From the NCBI GenBank assembly GCA_017505705.1, contig JAFVOS010000008.1, positions 880-64,879 of the forward strand: a DNA stretch of 64,000 nt, given 5' to 3'. The notes below the pieces were generated by a model, which did no database searches, was not told the origin of the DNA, and was given only the letters and a program-made list of their open reading frames with translations. The number at the start of each line of letters is the position of its first letter. Positions within the stretch are counted from its first letter, which is position 1. The stretch comes from Alphaproteobacteria bacterium. GTDB lineage: Bacteria; Pseudomonadota; Alphaproteobacteria; Rs-D84. This document shows positions 33,789 to 42,924 of this stretch, one piece after another. The translations under genes were made by a program, and so were the position numbers.

Positions 33789-34670
33789 TTACTCCCCGTC
33801 CATCCAAGATTTTATTGTTGGGTTCAAAACAATTTTTATAGTTTCAATAACATTAAACATACTAATATTGTTGTTATTGCCAGAATCATATTCTGGATTG
33901 TGTTCAAGTACAGCAAGCATCATACCATCTCGTTCCATTCTGGCAGCAATTGGTCTGACGATTAGCTTACCCTTTAATTCTCGATACTTTTCCATAAATA
34001 CGTTATATTGCCCATTCATCTGAACAAGGTTTATATCATCAGCGGTACTAACGGCCTTTGCTTCAACGGGATAAGCACAAATATTTTCGCCATCTTGGGC
34101 CATATAATAGCCATCTATTTCATTTGGTTGCCACTTCATTGGTGACTGAATGCGGTACACTTTCTGGCCAAAAATTTTTGAAAAAATGTCGCAGTAATCA
34201 ATAACACTAAATAAAGAAGCTTCATCATTTGAAATAAAAGCGCGAACAAGGGCAGGAAGATCGTTATTTATAACTATAACTCTGTCAGGTGTTCCCCAAT
34301 CCAACCAGTCTTGGATAGGTCTTGTGTTTCCGTTCTCGTCAAATCCGCGATACACGAATGTGCCGCAATAATTATCGCCGGAATTATCTGGTACTCTGCC
34401 AGTTTTTTTACGCAAATCATATCCAAAATCTATTACTTCTTGTGGTAATCGTTGTTGTATCGTATTTTTCTTACGTGTCAAATCAAGCACAAAATTTGAC
34501 CAAGAAGTGGGTGGAATACCACCAGTGGCCCTAATGGCTTGGCCAACTTCGGGTAATGTAAAGTCTATGTTTTTCCCGATGTTCACAGTTCCATTATTGG
34601 TCTTTTTCATGAAAATGTACTTCAATGTATCCATTTTGCTGTATTTGTTTGCCATAAAAAACCTCATCAT
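33789..34670 (-). CDS. Putative type II restriction endonuclease.
   Basis: The ORF sits between the controller and methylase genes. It has a PD-(D/E)xK-like D...VEAK segment and no other homology. Confidence 0.45.
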   Translation of the reverse strand: MMRFFMANKYSKMDTLKYIFMKKTNNGTVNIGKNIDFTLPEVGQAIRATGGIPPTSWSNFVLDLTRKKNTIQQRLPQEVIDFGYDLRKKTGRVPDNSGDNYCGTFVYRGFDENGNTRPIQDWLDWGTPDRVIVINNDLPALVRAFISNDEASLFSVIDYCDIFSKIFGQKVYRIQSPMKWQPNEIDGYYMAQDGENICAYPVEAKAVSTADDINLVQMNGQYNVFMEKYRELKGKLIVRPIAARMERDGMMLAVLEHNPEYDSGNNNNISMFNVIETIKIVLNPTIKSWMDGE

Positions 34671-34710
34671 TTATGGCACATCAGATGTGTACCAGAGTTG
34701 TTGCTTGTAG

Positions 34711-34926
34711 TCAACAATTATTGTCAAGATCAAAAAAATCTCTCATAGACACTTCAAGAGCGTTGGCGATTTTTTCAATACTTATAATTGTTGCATTCCT
34801 TTTTCCGCTTTCTATTCCTGCCAGATATGTTCGATCTATACCCGCTTTCAAGGCTAATTTTTCTTGAGATAACCCCATTTGATTTCTCAAAAATTTAATT
34901 CGATTTCCGACTCTTTTTGTGATCAT
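34711..34926 (-). CDS. HTH XRE-family controller (C) protein.
   Basis: IKFLRNQMGLSQEKLALKAGIDRTYLAGIESGKRN forms a classic helix-turn-helix. It lies upstream of R and M on the same strand. Confidence 0.7.
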   Translation of the reverse strand: MITKRVGNRIKFLRNQMGLSQEKLALKAGIDRTYLAGIESGKRNATIISIEKIANALEVSMRDFFDLDNNC

Positions 34927-35024
34927 GGTGATTCCTCTAAAAAGCAGTTTATACGTATCAATAATACTTTTGTTGTTGCCTATGAATCAACGGACTATAA
35001 GTAACGATTATCAAAAATACACAC

Positions 35025-35288
35025 CTACAACCCACCAAAACGAATTTCCCAGCATTTTTGTAAGTTTAAATCATTTTGCTTGGTTGTTATTCTAATTGAA
35101 AAGATTTTGTACTTAGCAATTTGATTAGTATAGCCTTTATGAAAAACAACGGTGTCATAATGTTTGTTGGTTAATCGTTTGTTCCAGTAATCAGAACATT
35201 CGCGATATTCGGATGTTTTTTCCCCGGCAATGATTTTATCAAACCATTTATGTTTTAGTACAAAATGTATCACGTTTTCAGTGTTCAT
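35025..35288 (-). CDS. ASCH-domain protein.
   Basis: KHKWFDKIIAGEKTSEYRE matches the ASCH beta-barrel signature. The ASCH domain is common in prophages. Confidence 0.45.
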   Translation of the reverse strand: MNTENVIHFVLKHKWFDKIIAGEKTSEYRECSDYWNKRLTNKHYDTVVFHKGYTNQIAKYKIFSIRITTKQNDLNLQKCWEIRFGGL

Positions 35289-35427
35289 ATTTACTATTAT
35301 ACACATATGGTATAAAAAATATATAACAAATATTAGCAAGAATTTATTGCGCCAAATATGACATACGGAGTAGCATTCTGCATGTCATTTAAAAAATAGT
35401 GCGCTGTAAGCCGCAGATTTCTGCTAT

Positions 35428-35522
35428 GTATAAAAACTGTATAAAAATGTATAAAAATGTATAAACAAAAAAATCGGTTTTTATACCCCAAAAATGTATT
35501 CTGGTATAAAAATAGTATAAAT
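35428..35522. repeat. AT-rich tandem direct repeats (TGTATAAAAA x3-4, plus related GGTATAAAAATAGTATAAAT).
   Basis: Seen directly in the sequence: ctgtataaaaatgtataaaaatgtataaac. The repeats are iteron-like or operator-like. Confidence 0.5.
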
Positions 35523-35604
35523 ATTGCCTGTATTTAGGTACTGAAAAAGGAAATAATTTCAGATTGTTAAAAAAACAAAAATCCGCGGAAACCCGCGGAA
35601 ATCT

Positions 35605-35633
35605 TGGCTTGGGCAACTGGACTCGAACCAGTG
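35605..35633 (-). other. tRNA 3'-half-like fragment (T arm plus acceptor 3' strand plus CCA). It may be an attachment-site remnant.
   Basis: The reverse complement reads cactggttcgagtccagttgcccaagCCA. No matching 5' acceptor strand is present upstream. Confidence 0.35.
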
Positions 35634-35642
35634 ACATACGGA

Positions 35643-37088
35643 TTAAAAATACCCACGGCGGGCGCTGAGGTACAGGCCATCAATATGGCCGATGCCTTGG
35701 GAAAATGCATCGCATTGATCTTTGAATGTAGATGCCGGGAATGTCAGCAATTCGTCCAGAAAATCTGGCCACCATGCGCCGGCTGTATTCGGAAACACAA
35801 TCGTCCCGTTTTGAATATAGGCCGTTGTTGCGTTTAATCGGGATTCTTTGTCTGATATTGGCTTGATTGGTTCAACACTCATCCTGTGTTGAGCACGTAA
35901 CTGTTGTATCAATGCGGTGCCAGATGACGCATCTTCAATCAGTGTTGTTGTCGGGCAGTTGCCGTGCGCTTGTTGTGTTTGGGTGTGTAATTCCGCCACA
36001 CGCTTTAAGATGGCAGGGTATTCCAGCCGTCCACGTTCCACGGCCAGCAAGTACACACGATTGTCAATTCCGACCCCGAATATAGCGCATGCCGAATATG
36101 CGTTTGTAATACCGGTCTTAGATGCAGTATCCCATGACAGAAAGATATGCTTGAAGCGCTGGGGCAATTCATTATAAAAGTGCAACCAAGACCGTTTAAC
36201 CAATCCACCATCTTTTGGAACGGGGCGTTGTTGATATTGTCCTGCAAAGGCATATTCGCCCAGTGTCTGACGCAAATGTGCGACAGAGTTCATGTCTTCA
36301 CGTTCTGGATGCAGCAGTTCACCAGCATGACGAGCAATGTCGTGCCTGTATCCAAACTTGTCTGTATATGACCAATCTTCATCCGCCTCCGCAATCATTG
36401 GTATCGTGATATGACGAAAGCCAGATTGTTTTTCCAGTAAATACCCCGTCAAATCACTTTGATGCAGACGTTGCATAATAACCAGTATATTGCCCGTATT
36501 TTTATTGTTCAAACGCGAATAGAGTGTCGTCGCATACCAATCGTTAACTTTGTTGCGCAAAACGTCTGACAAACCGTCCGATGCCTTTAATGGGTCATCA
36601 ATGATAATCCAGTCACCACCACGTCCGGTCAAAGTTCCGTTTATAGTTGTTGAAAATCGTCCGCCACCACGTGTTGTTTGAAAGTCCATGGTTGCACTGC
36701 GCCTGTGATCAATTTTAGTACATGGAAACAGGTCCGCATACCAGGCGGTTTCCATCACAGTACGACAATCGTTGGCAAATTTCTTGGTCAGTTCGTCCGC
36801 ATAGCTGACGCATATAATTTGTGTTTGCGGATTCAGCCCCAGTAAATATGCCGGTAATGCTACCGAACAGATAATAGATTTCATATTTCGTGGCGGAATA
36901 TTCACAATCAGGCGATTGTTATCACCACTTATCATTTGTTCGATTTCGTTACATACAACATCTATATGCCAATTATCCAGATATTGTGCGCCTGCGGACA
37001 CTTCGTTAAACACCTTAATCGCAAAGGATTTAAAGTCTGACCGCAACAACGCGCGCAAGAATTCTAAATCATTTATTCTTTCGTCCAT
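35643..37088 (-). CDS. Phage or GTA-type terminase large subunit.
   Basis: The N-terminus DNWHIDVVCNEIEQ...LIVNIPPRNMKS matches the terminase_6-like ATPase layout with a deviant Walker A, and a C-terminal nuclease-like region follows. It is clustered with a ParB-methylase. Confidence 0.55.
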   Translation of the reverse strand: MDERINDLEFLRALLRSDFKSFAIKVFNEVSAGAQYLDNWHIDVVCNEIEQMISGDNNRLIVNIPPRNMKSIICSVALPAYLLGLNPQTQIICVSYADELTKKFANDCRTVMETAWYADLFPCTKIDHRRSATMDFQTTRGGGRFSTTINGTLTGRGGDWIIIDDPLKASDGLSDVLRNKVNDWYATTLYSRLNNKNTGNILVIMQRLHQSDLTGYLLEKQSGFRHITIPMIAEADEDWSYTDKFGYRHDIARHAGELLHPEREDMNSVAHLRQTLGEYAFAGQYQQRPVPKDGGLVKRSWLHFYNELPQRFKHIFLSWDTASKTGITNAYSACAIFGVGIDNRVYLLAVERGRLEYPAILKRVAELHTQTQQAHGNCPTTTLIEDASSGTALIQQLRAQHRMSVEPIKPISDKESRLNATTAYIQNGTIVFPNTAGAWWPDFLDELLTFPASTFKDQCDAFSQGIGHIDGLYLSARRGYF

Positions 37089-37443
37089 TTATAAATCCCC
37101 GAATAATTGCCTGATCATCACTGGAAATGGCATTGTGTTGTTTGTCCAGTGATTCATTACGCGAATCCAGCTGTTGCATCAATGGTAATATTTGGGCGGT
37201 GGCTTTCAGGTCACCTTTGGCCGATTGATTAACCAGTTGCAACATAATTGCCTGTTTTTTAGTAATTTGTCGTGTACCTGCAACTGAATCCACATTTACT
37301 TGTTCGTTCAACGCCACTTCTAACAATGTCAGCGTGTTAATGCTGCCTTTCTTGCGCCCGTGCGGATTACCAGATTGGCCTGGGCGAAACCTAGAATGTT
37401 TCGGTGGATTCATATATCCAACCTTGTCTTTCTTATCTGTCAT
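37069..37443 (-). CDS. DUF5681-like phage protein, possibly a terminase small subunit.
   Basis: Signature PPKHSRFRPGQSGNPHGRKKGS. It is located immediately upstream of the large terminase. Confidence 0.4.
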   Translation of the reverse strand: MTDKKDKVGYMNPPKHSRFRPGQSGNPHGRKKGSINTLTLLEVALNEQVNVDSVAGTRQITKKQAIMLQLVNQSAKGDLKATAQILPLMQQLDSRNESLDKQHNAISSDDQAIIRGFINGRKNK

Positions 37444-38750
37444 TTAGCGCCCCTTTTGTCTGCCAATTTTTGATTGTATGTTTGGCCGGATTGCACGTGT
37501 ATTGCATCAATTCCAAATAACTCTTGGAATCGCCGGATGGTTGTGTCTATGTATATCGGTTCTAATTCAATGCCGCGGCAAACGCGTCCCGCCTGTTGTG
37601 CGGCAATCAGTGTGCTGCCTGAACCCAAGAACGAATCCAGAACAATTCCGCCACGCGGCGTGCAATCCAGTATTGCATCACGCAACATCTCAACAGGTTT
37701 GACGGTTGGATGCAGTTTCAGGTCGCCCTTGTGTTGCCCAAATGAATTTGCACCCGCATATTGCCATACATTGGTGCGATATCGGCCATGTTTGCCCAAT
37801 TGCACGTTATTCATATGGCTTTTCTTACCGTTGCGGAATATAAAGCATAATTCGTGCTGACTGCGATACAACGAACCCATGCCACCAGTCTTTTTTACCC
37901 ATACGCACATATTGATAAATTCATCAAATACGGCATTTCCTGCGGTCATAATTTCCGATATGTGGCGCCAGTCCATAAAATTATAGTGCAGGGCGCCATC
38001 CTTAGAGTGTGCCTTGCACAGAAAAAAGTTTTGTTTCAGGAAATTGATAAATTCTTCCACTGACATCTCGCCCGATGCCATGGCAAACTCTTTATGGTGT
38101 ATTGCGCCCGAACCGCAAACATGCCCATTGATTTTTACATTGTATGGCGGATCCTGCAAAACAGTATCGGCCACCGCCCCGTCCATTAGTTGATTAAAAG
38201 TAGATTCTTCTAAACTGTTGCCACAAATAATTCTGTGCGGGCCAATTTGCCAAATATCGCCAGGCACAGACACTATTTCATCTTCGGGTATAAACGGTAT
38301 GTGGTTGGCTTTTGGGTCTGCAGGAACAGTGTCGCCCAGATTGATTATTTGATCTAATTCTGCATCGTTAAAGCCGGTAATTCGTATGTCCAGATCGCCC
38401 GCGCATATCTGTTCTAAATCTTTGATTTCCAATTGCAACAGTTCCAGATTCCAACCGCCATTTTCAGCGATTTTATTATCTGCCAGTCTATATGCTCGTT
38501 TTTGCTTTTCGTTCAGGTGTGAAAGTGTGATAGTGGGAACGGTGCTAAGTCCCATTTGTTTTGCAGCGATATATCTGCCGTGGCCGGCAATAATCTCGCC
38601 ATGTTCATCAATCAGGATTGGATTATTAAAACCAAATTCGGTAATAGATTTTCTTATTTGTTTAATTTGTGATTCAGGATGATTCCGCGCATTGCGTTCA
38701 TATCCATGTATGCTCTCTAGTGCAGAGTAAGCGACATTCATTTCTGACAT
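37440..38750 (-). CDS. ParB-like nuclease domain fused to a DNA methyltransferase (beta-class amino-MTase), a phage-type methylase.
   Basis: An N-terminal ParB/Srx motif (IIAGHGRYIAAKQMG), motif IV DPPYN and C-terminal motif I DSFLGSGST. Confidence 0.8.
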   Translation of the reverse strand: MSEMNVAYSALESIHGYERNARNHPESQIKQIRKSITEFGFNNPILIDEHGEIIAGHGRYIAAKQMGLSTVPTITLSHLNEKQKRAYRLADNKIAENGGWNLELLQLEIKDLEQICAGDLDIRITGFNDAELDQIINLGDTVPADPKANHIPFIPEDEIVSVPGDIWQIGPHRIICGNSLEESTFNQLMDGAVADTVLQDPPYNVKINGHVCGSGAIHHKEFAMASGEMSVEEFINFLKQNFFLCKAHSKDGALHYNFMDWRHISEIMTAGNAVFDEFINMCVWVKKTGGMGSLYRSQHELCFIFRNGKKSHMNNVQLGKHGRYRTNVWQYAGANSFGQHKGDLKLHPTVKPVEMLRDAILDCTPRGGIVLDSFLGSGSTLIAAQQAGRVCRGIELEPIYIDTTIRRFQELFGIDAIHVQSGQTYNQKLADKRGAK

Positions 38751-38962
38751 AAATGATCCTTTTGTTTAACTTAATTACTTTTTTCATTAGCTTACTCTTA
38801 GCGGGATGAATATTTTGTTCATCGGTTGTGTCTATTTTTACGGCCAGACATTTCGCCATCATTCACCGTCCATACCATTAATAGCAAATTTTATAATTTT
38901 TTTCAAATGGGATATTCAAATAACATAAAAGGCATAAAGTATTATGCAAAATGCAAGTAAAA

Positions 38963-39571
38963 TTAAAAAAATAAACGGCTTTGTAAGAATTGGTGGAAAT
39001 CTGTAAATGATGGTGTATATATGTGTGTGGGGTGAGATATTAAAGCAGCAGAAAGATTTAATCGTTTTGCGGGTTCTATATCTAATAAATAATTATCGCC
39101 AACAACACAAACCTCATCTTCAGATAATTTATACTGGTTTATGATTTTTTTATAGCAACTCCCTTTATTAGATGTGTGTTCTTGTGCAATCGAGAAAGCA
39201 TCAGTGACTAAATTTTCCAATTGTAATAAGGATAGTACTCGCTTAATATGCTCCGCAGGAGAAAGAGAAACAACAAAAAGGTTTAACTTCATACTAGCCA
39301 ACAAGTTATTCATTCCTGTGTTCGGCCTCAAAACGCTATAATCAAGCTTATTATGTACATTGGTATAGTATGTTTTCTTAGGAATTTGTAGAACCTTTAA
39401 TGCATCCAGAATATTTGGATATATTTCCTCTAATCTAGTCAACTGATTTTTTGACATACCAGTCGCAGAAGATAAAAAAGAATCTGCCAAATTATCAATT
39501 TGACGAGTTAATCCGTTTGATTTTGGATAAAGCGTCCCATCAAGGTCTGAAATAATAGTGGTTTTTTTCAT
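38963..39571 (-). CDS. HAD-superfamily hydrolase or phosphatase.
   Basis: Motif I DLDGTL and motif IV GDNYLLDIE. Confidence 0.65.
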   Translation of the reverse strand: MKKTTIISDLDGTLYPKSNGLTRQIDNLADSFLSSATGMSKNQLTRLEEIYPNILDALKVLQIPKKTYYTNVHNKLDYSVLRPNTGMNNLLASMKLNLFVVSLSPAEHIKRVLSLLQLENLVTDAFSIAQEHTSNKGSCYKKIINQYKLSEDEVCVVGDNYLLDIEPAKRLNLSAALISHPTHIYTPSFTDFHQFLQSRLFF

Positions 39572-39616
39572 AATGGATATGATATAATTACTATAATCAA
39601 AAATAAAGTAAATTTT

Positions 39617-40873
39617 ATGGGAAAGGTAAAGTTTAAAATAATAAACTCTTCTGATTTAAGAACTGCGGTAAAAACTGCATTTTGTAACTATAGTGAATTC
39701 GCATTTTATCATAACATAGAAGTAAAAGACGTAAAAAAGAGATTCAGAGCATTTGAGTTCAATGACAAGAAATATATAGCTAAACAAACTAAAAGCGCAA
39801 CAGCAAAAGAAGAAATAGCAAATGCGACACGTGCCGCCAAGATGTTAAATGGCTTGACAGTGTCAGGACTTACATTAAACGTTATTGAGCCTGTTCTAAT
39901 AACAATAAACAATGTATGTTATCTTGTGTCTGAATACAAAGGCACAACGTTGCATGAGTATGTATATAATGATAAAAGGCTGCCACTGACACAGGGGGCT
40001 TTGATGGAAGTATTCTCTTTCTTGCTTAAGAAAGGTGTTATGCATCCAGGTTTTTTGCCAAGGAACATAATTATAAATCAGGAATATTTGTTCATACTTG
40101 ATTGGGAAAATGTCCTTTTTAGCAAAAAAGCAGTGACAAATGTTCTACGGTATATTTCTGTCGCTGAATTTATAAACAATTGGGGATGTTTGTATAATAG
40201 AGAGAACCTGTTAGGTTTTATTCATAAATACACAGATAATAAAAGAATTAGCAGTCAAACCGGTTCTTTCGGAAAGGAATATGCTTTTTTAACAGGCTGC
40301 AGTAATAACAAAAGAGGGTTGAAGTCAGAAATAGAAAATATTATTCTGGTGGCAGAATCGGGAGGACATGTTCGTGGAAAAACTTATATGGTTCCATGTG
40401 ATCTGGGTCATCTTGTTTCCGACACATTTCCTCGTTGCATAGATGTTTTTCATGATTTATTTTTATTCTGTATACAAAAGGACGAGAAACTTTTGAGAAA
40501 ATATCTTGAACTGATGACAGTTTATTACAATATATATATGAAAAATCTTAACAATTATACTGATTTCGACAAAGCGCATTTAGTTGTTCCTATATTGCTG
40601 GTTCTGGATAACCAGATAAATAATATCGAAACAAGAAAAATAGCACGAGTTAAAAGCCTAATGGATGCAAGTAGGTTGGTCGGGAAGAGCATAGCGACAG
40701 ACAGTGTAACGTGTCATTACATGAAAAAGAATAAGATAAAACTTAGAAATGCATTGGATGATAAAATCACAAGCATGCTAAAAATGCACCTACCAATTTC
40801 TCAGATAAGAAAGACAAGAATCAATCCAATAAGAATAATAGAGACCATAGACGAAATGTCCTCTAATCTATGA
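39617..40873 (+). CDS. Kinase-like protein (APH/choline-kinase-like fold).
   Basis: Catalytic-loop-like HPGFLPRNIIIN and an ILDWE motif (D-W-E of APH-type phosphotransferases). Confidence 0.45.
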   Translation: MGKVKFKIINSSDLRTAVKTAFCNYSEFAFYHNIEVKDVKKRFRAFEFNDKKYIAKQTKSATAKEEIANATRAAKMLNGLTVSGLTLNVIEPVLITINNVCYLVSEYKGTTLHEYVYNDKRLPLTQGALMEVFSFLLKKGVMHPGFLPRNIIINQEYLFILDWENVLFSKKAVTNVLRYISVAEFINNWGCLYNRENLLGFIHKYTDNKRISSQTGSFGKEYAFLTGCSNNKRGLKSEIENIILVAESGGHVRGKTYMVPCDLGHLVSDTFPRCIDVFHDLFLFCIQKDEKLLRKYLELMTVYYNIYMKNLNNYTDFDKAHLVVPILLVLDNQINNIETRKIARVKSLMDASRLVGKSIATDSVTCHYMKKNKIKLRNALDDKITSMLKMHLPISQIRKTRINPIRIIETIDEMSSNL

Positions 40874-42814
40874 TTTGTGGACTAGTTGTTTTACTTTTTC
40901 GGTTAGTGATTTTTCATCGAATTGAAAGTGTTTTTTTAGTTCTTCAAACGTTCCGCTACAACCATGTCTAAAACCATGGGTTTCTATTCTGCTTGGCATT
41001 CTTTTTGACTGATATTTAAACAGTATTGGGGATACACAAGCAGGAAGAAAGTCAGGGTGTCCATTATATACACACAAGCAGGGTTTGTTTTGTGCTAACT
41101 GTTCTGCGAAATCCTGCCCCAGCTTGTGCGGTGCGGTGATATTTATGAGTTTTGCACGTATGCCAATTCTATCCAATGCAGGCAATATATCGTAAAGGAA
41201 TGTTGTTGCGATCCCGCTAGAAAGCAAAACAACGTCTGGATCATCAACCATAGTATTACCAATTTCATACCAGGGATTTATTGAGTTAGGTACAAAACCG
41301 ATTTTAGGTAGATGTTTAGAATTGACACTATGACATCTGATGTAGTACAAAGAGTCGTTTTTTACAAACGCATGGTTCATGCAAGCAAAAAAATCTTCTG
41401 CATCAGATGGCTCCAAAAAGGTGGTGTTTTCCAACCAGTTGAATGCAAAAGATTGACTTACAGATTGATGCGTAGATCCATTGCGAGCGTTAGCAAAACC
41501 GCTTTTGTCCGCTGTGACAATTATTCGACTCTTGCCTTGTGCGGCAGCATGAAACTGATCCATGGCCCTGAAAGAAAATGCCTCAGTTGCATTTATATGG
41601 ATTCTAGCATCGGGGTCGGTTACAGAAATACCATGAGCCATCGCATACATATGTTGTTCCCTTAAGCCAACATCATAGTAATTTTTTATATTTTGCAAAC
41701 CACATTCTAAAATGGAATCTTTTTGCATTAAATCTGCTGTCAGAAAATAAAAATTGTTAATATCATTGTCGGCTACATGTTTAGATAGCAGACGATAGTA
41801 GTATGTGGTAGCATCGTGTTGGCTAACGTCTTGGTAAGAATCTAAACACAGGTTTATATAGGTCGGTTTTTGAGCCTTTGTGCTTGGAATGTTAATTGTT
41901 TTAGTACCTTTTTGTATAAAATCAAGCAATACATCTTTTGTTATGTTGTGCTTTTGTAAATGAGTTTCTTTTTCTTCAATCAATTTGCGTACAATATCAT
42001 GGGGACAATTGCTAATTGTATGGTATCCACAAAAATTCTGCTTTTCCCCAAGCAAACCATTTCCCTTTGTTGTATGAGCAATGATAAGAGTTGGTTTATC
42101 TTTGTATTCACAAGCATGATGATAGGCTTGTTTTATCGCATCAATATCATGACCGTCAATTTCTATAACGTTCCAACCATATCCACGCCAAATTGTCGCT
42201 ATATCCGATTTGGAGTTGTAGTCAGACGTTGGTCGTGATAGCTGTTTTCCATTTTTGTCCAGGATGCAGATGAGATTTCCAAGGTTTTGATTGGCCGCAT
42301 AACGAGCTGCTTCACTAACGTTCCCTTCTTGTTCTTCGCCGTCACCCAGAAATACCCATGTGTTAAAAATGTGATTCCGTTGTTTTGATACGATGGCACT
42401 ACCTATTCCATACGATAGCACCATTCCAAGGGAACCGGCTGGTGTGATATCGACACCAGGTAGCTCAAACATGCACTCATGACCTTGCAATCTAGAATTA
42501 ACAAAGCGGTACTGTAGCAATTCTTCATCGGAAACCCAATTTAATAATGAAAATAAGGGGTAACGTAACGGTCCCAGGTGCCCCCTTAAAAGAACTCTGT
42601 CTCTATCATGGTGTCTGGGGTTCTCTATAGAATATTTTAAGAATCCGCCAAAGTATAGAGTAGACATTAGTTGAATGGAGGACAGGGATGCCCCTAAGTG
42701 ACCAGATTTAGAGTGTAGGCAGATCTTGGCAACTTGAAGAGCAAGATAATCACATAAATATTTTATATGGGAATTTTTGCTTGTTGTGATATCAACAATA
42801 TTTAATGAGTCCAT
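40868..42814 (-). CDS. Transketolase-family TPP-dependent enzyme.
   Basis: SGHLGASLS near the N-terminus and the TPP-binding GDGEEQEG(N) motif. It is 648 aa long. Confidence 0.7.
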   Translation of the reverse strand: MDSLNIVDITTSKNSHIKYLCDYLALQVAKICLHSKSGHLGASLSSIQLMSTLYFGGFLKYSIENPRHHDRDRVLLRGHLGPLRYPLFSLLNWVSDEELLQYRFVNSRLQGHECMFELPGVDITPAGSLGMVLSYGIGSAIVSKQRNHIFNTWVFLGDGEEQEGNVSEAARYAANQNLGNLICILDKNGKQLSRPTSDYNSKSDIATIWRGYGWNVIEIDGHDIDAIKQAYHHACEYKDKPTLIIAHTTKGNGLLGEKQNFCGYHTISNCPHDIVRKLIEEKETHLQKHNITKDVLLDFIQKGTKTINIPSTKAQKPTYINLCLDSYQDVSQHDATTYYYRLLSKHVADNDINNFYFLTADLMQKDSILECGLQNIKNYYDVGLREQHMYAMAHGISVTDPDARIHINATEAFSFRAMDQFHAAAQGKSRIIVTADKSGFANARNGSTHQSVSQSFAFNWLENTTFLEPSDAEDFFACMNHAFVKNDSLYYIRCHSVNSKHLPKIGFVPNSINPWYEIGNTMVDDPDVVLLSSGIATTFLYDILPALDRIGIRAKLINITAPHKLGQDFAEQLAQNKPCLCVYNGHPDFLPACVSPILFKYQSKRMPSRIETHGFRHGCSGTFEELKKHFQFDEKSLTEKVKQLVHKS

Positions 42815-42924
42815 GGCGTACCTCTTTAAATAGGATAATATACGATAATATGATTTCTATCAAGTAGTTATTGTTTTTTGTCATATTTGTGTTATGCTGA
42901 ATCTAAAAAATAAGGTGATAAACA

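Noticed and set aside
35389-35637. An 82-aa minus-strand ORF.
   Set aside because: It lies within the AT-rich tandem-repeat and tRNA-fragment intergenic region. Its translation is Phe/Tyr/Ile-rich low complexity, so it is spurious.
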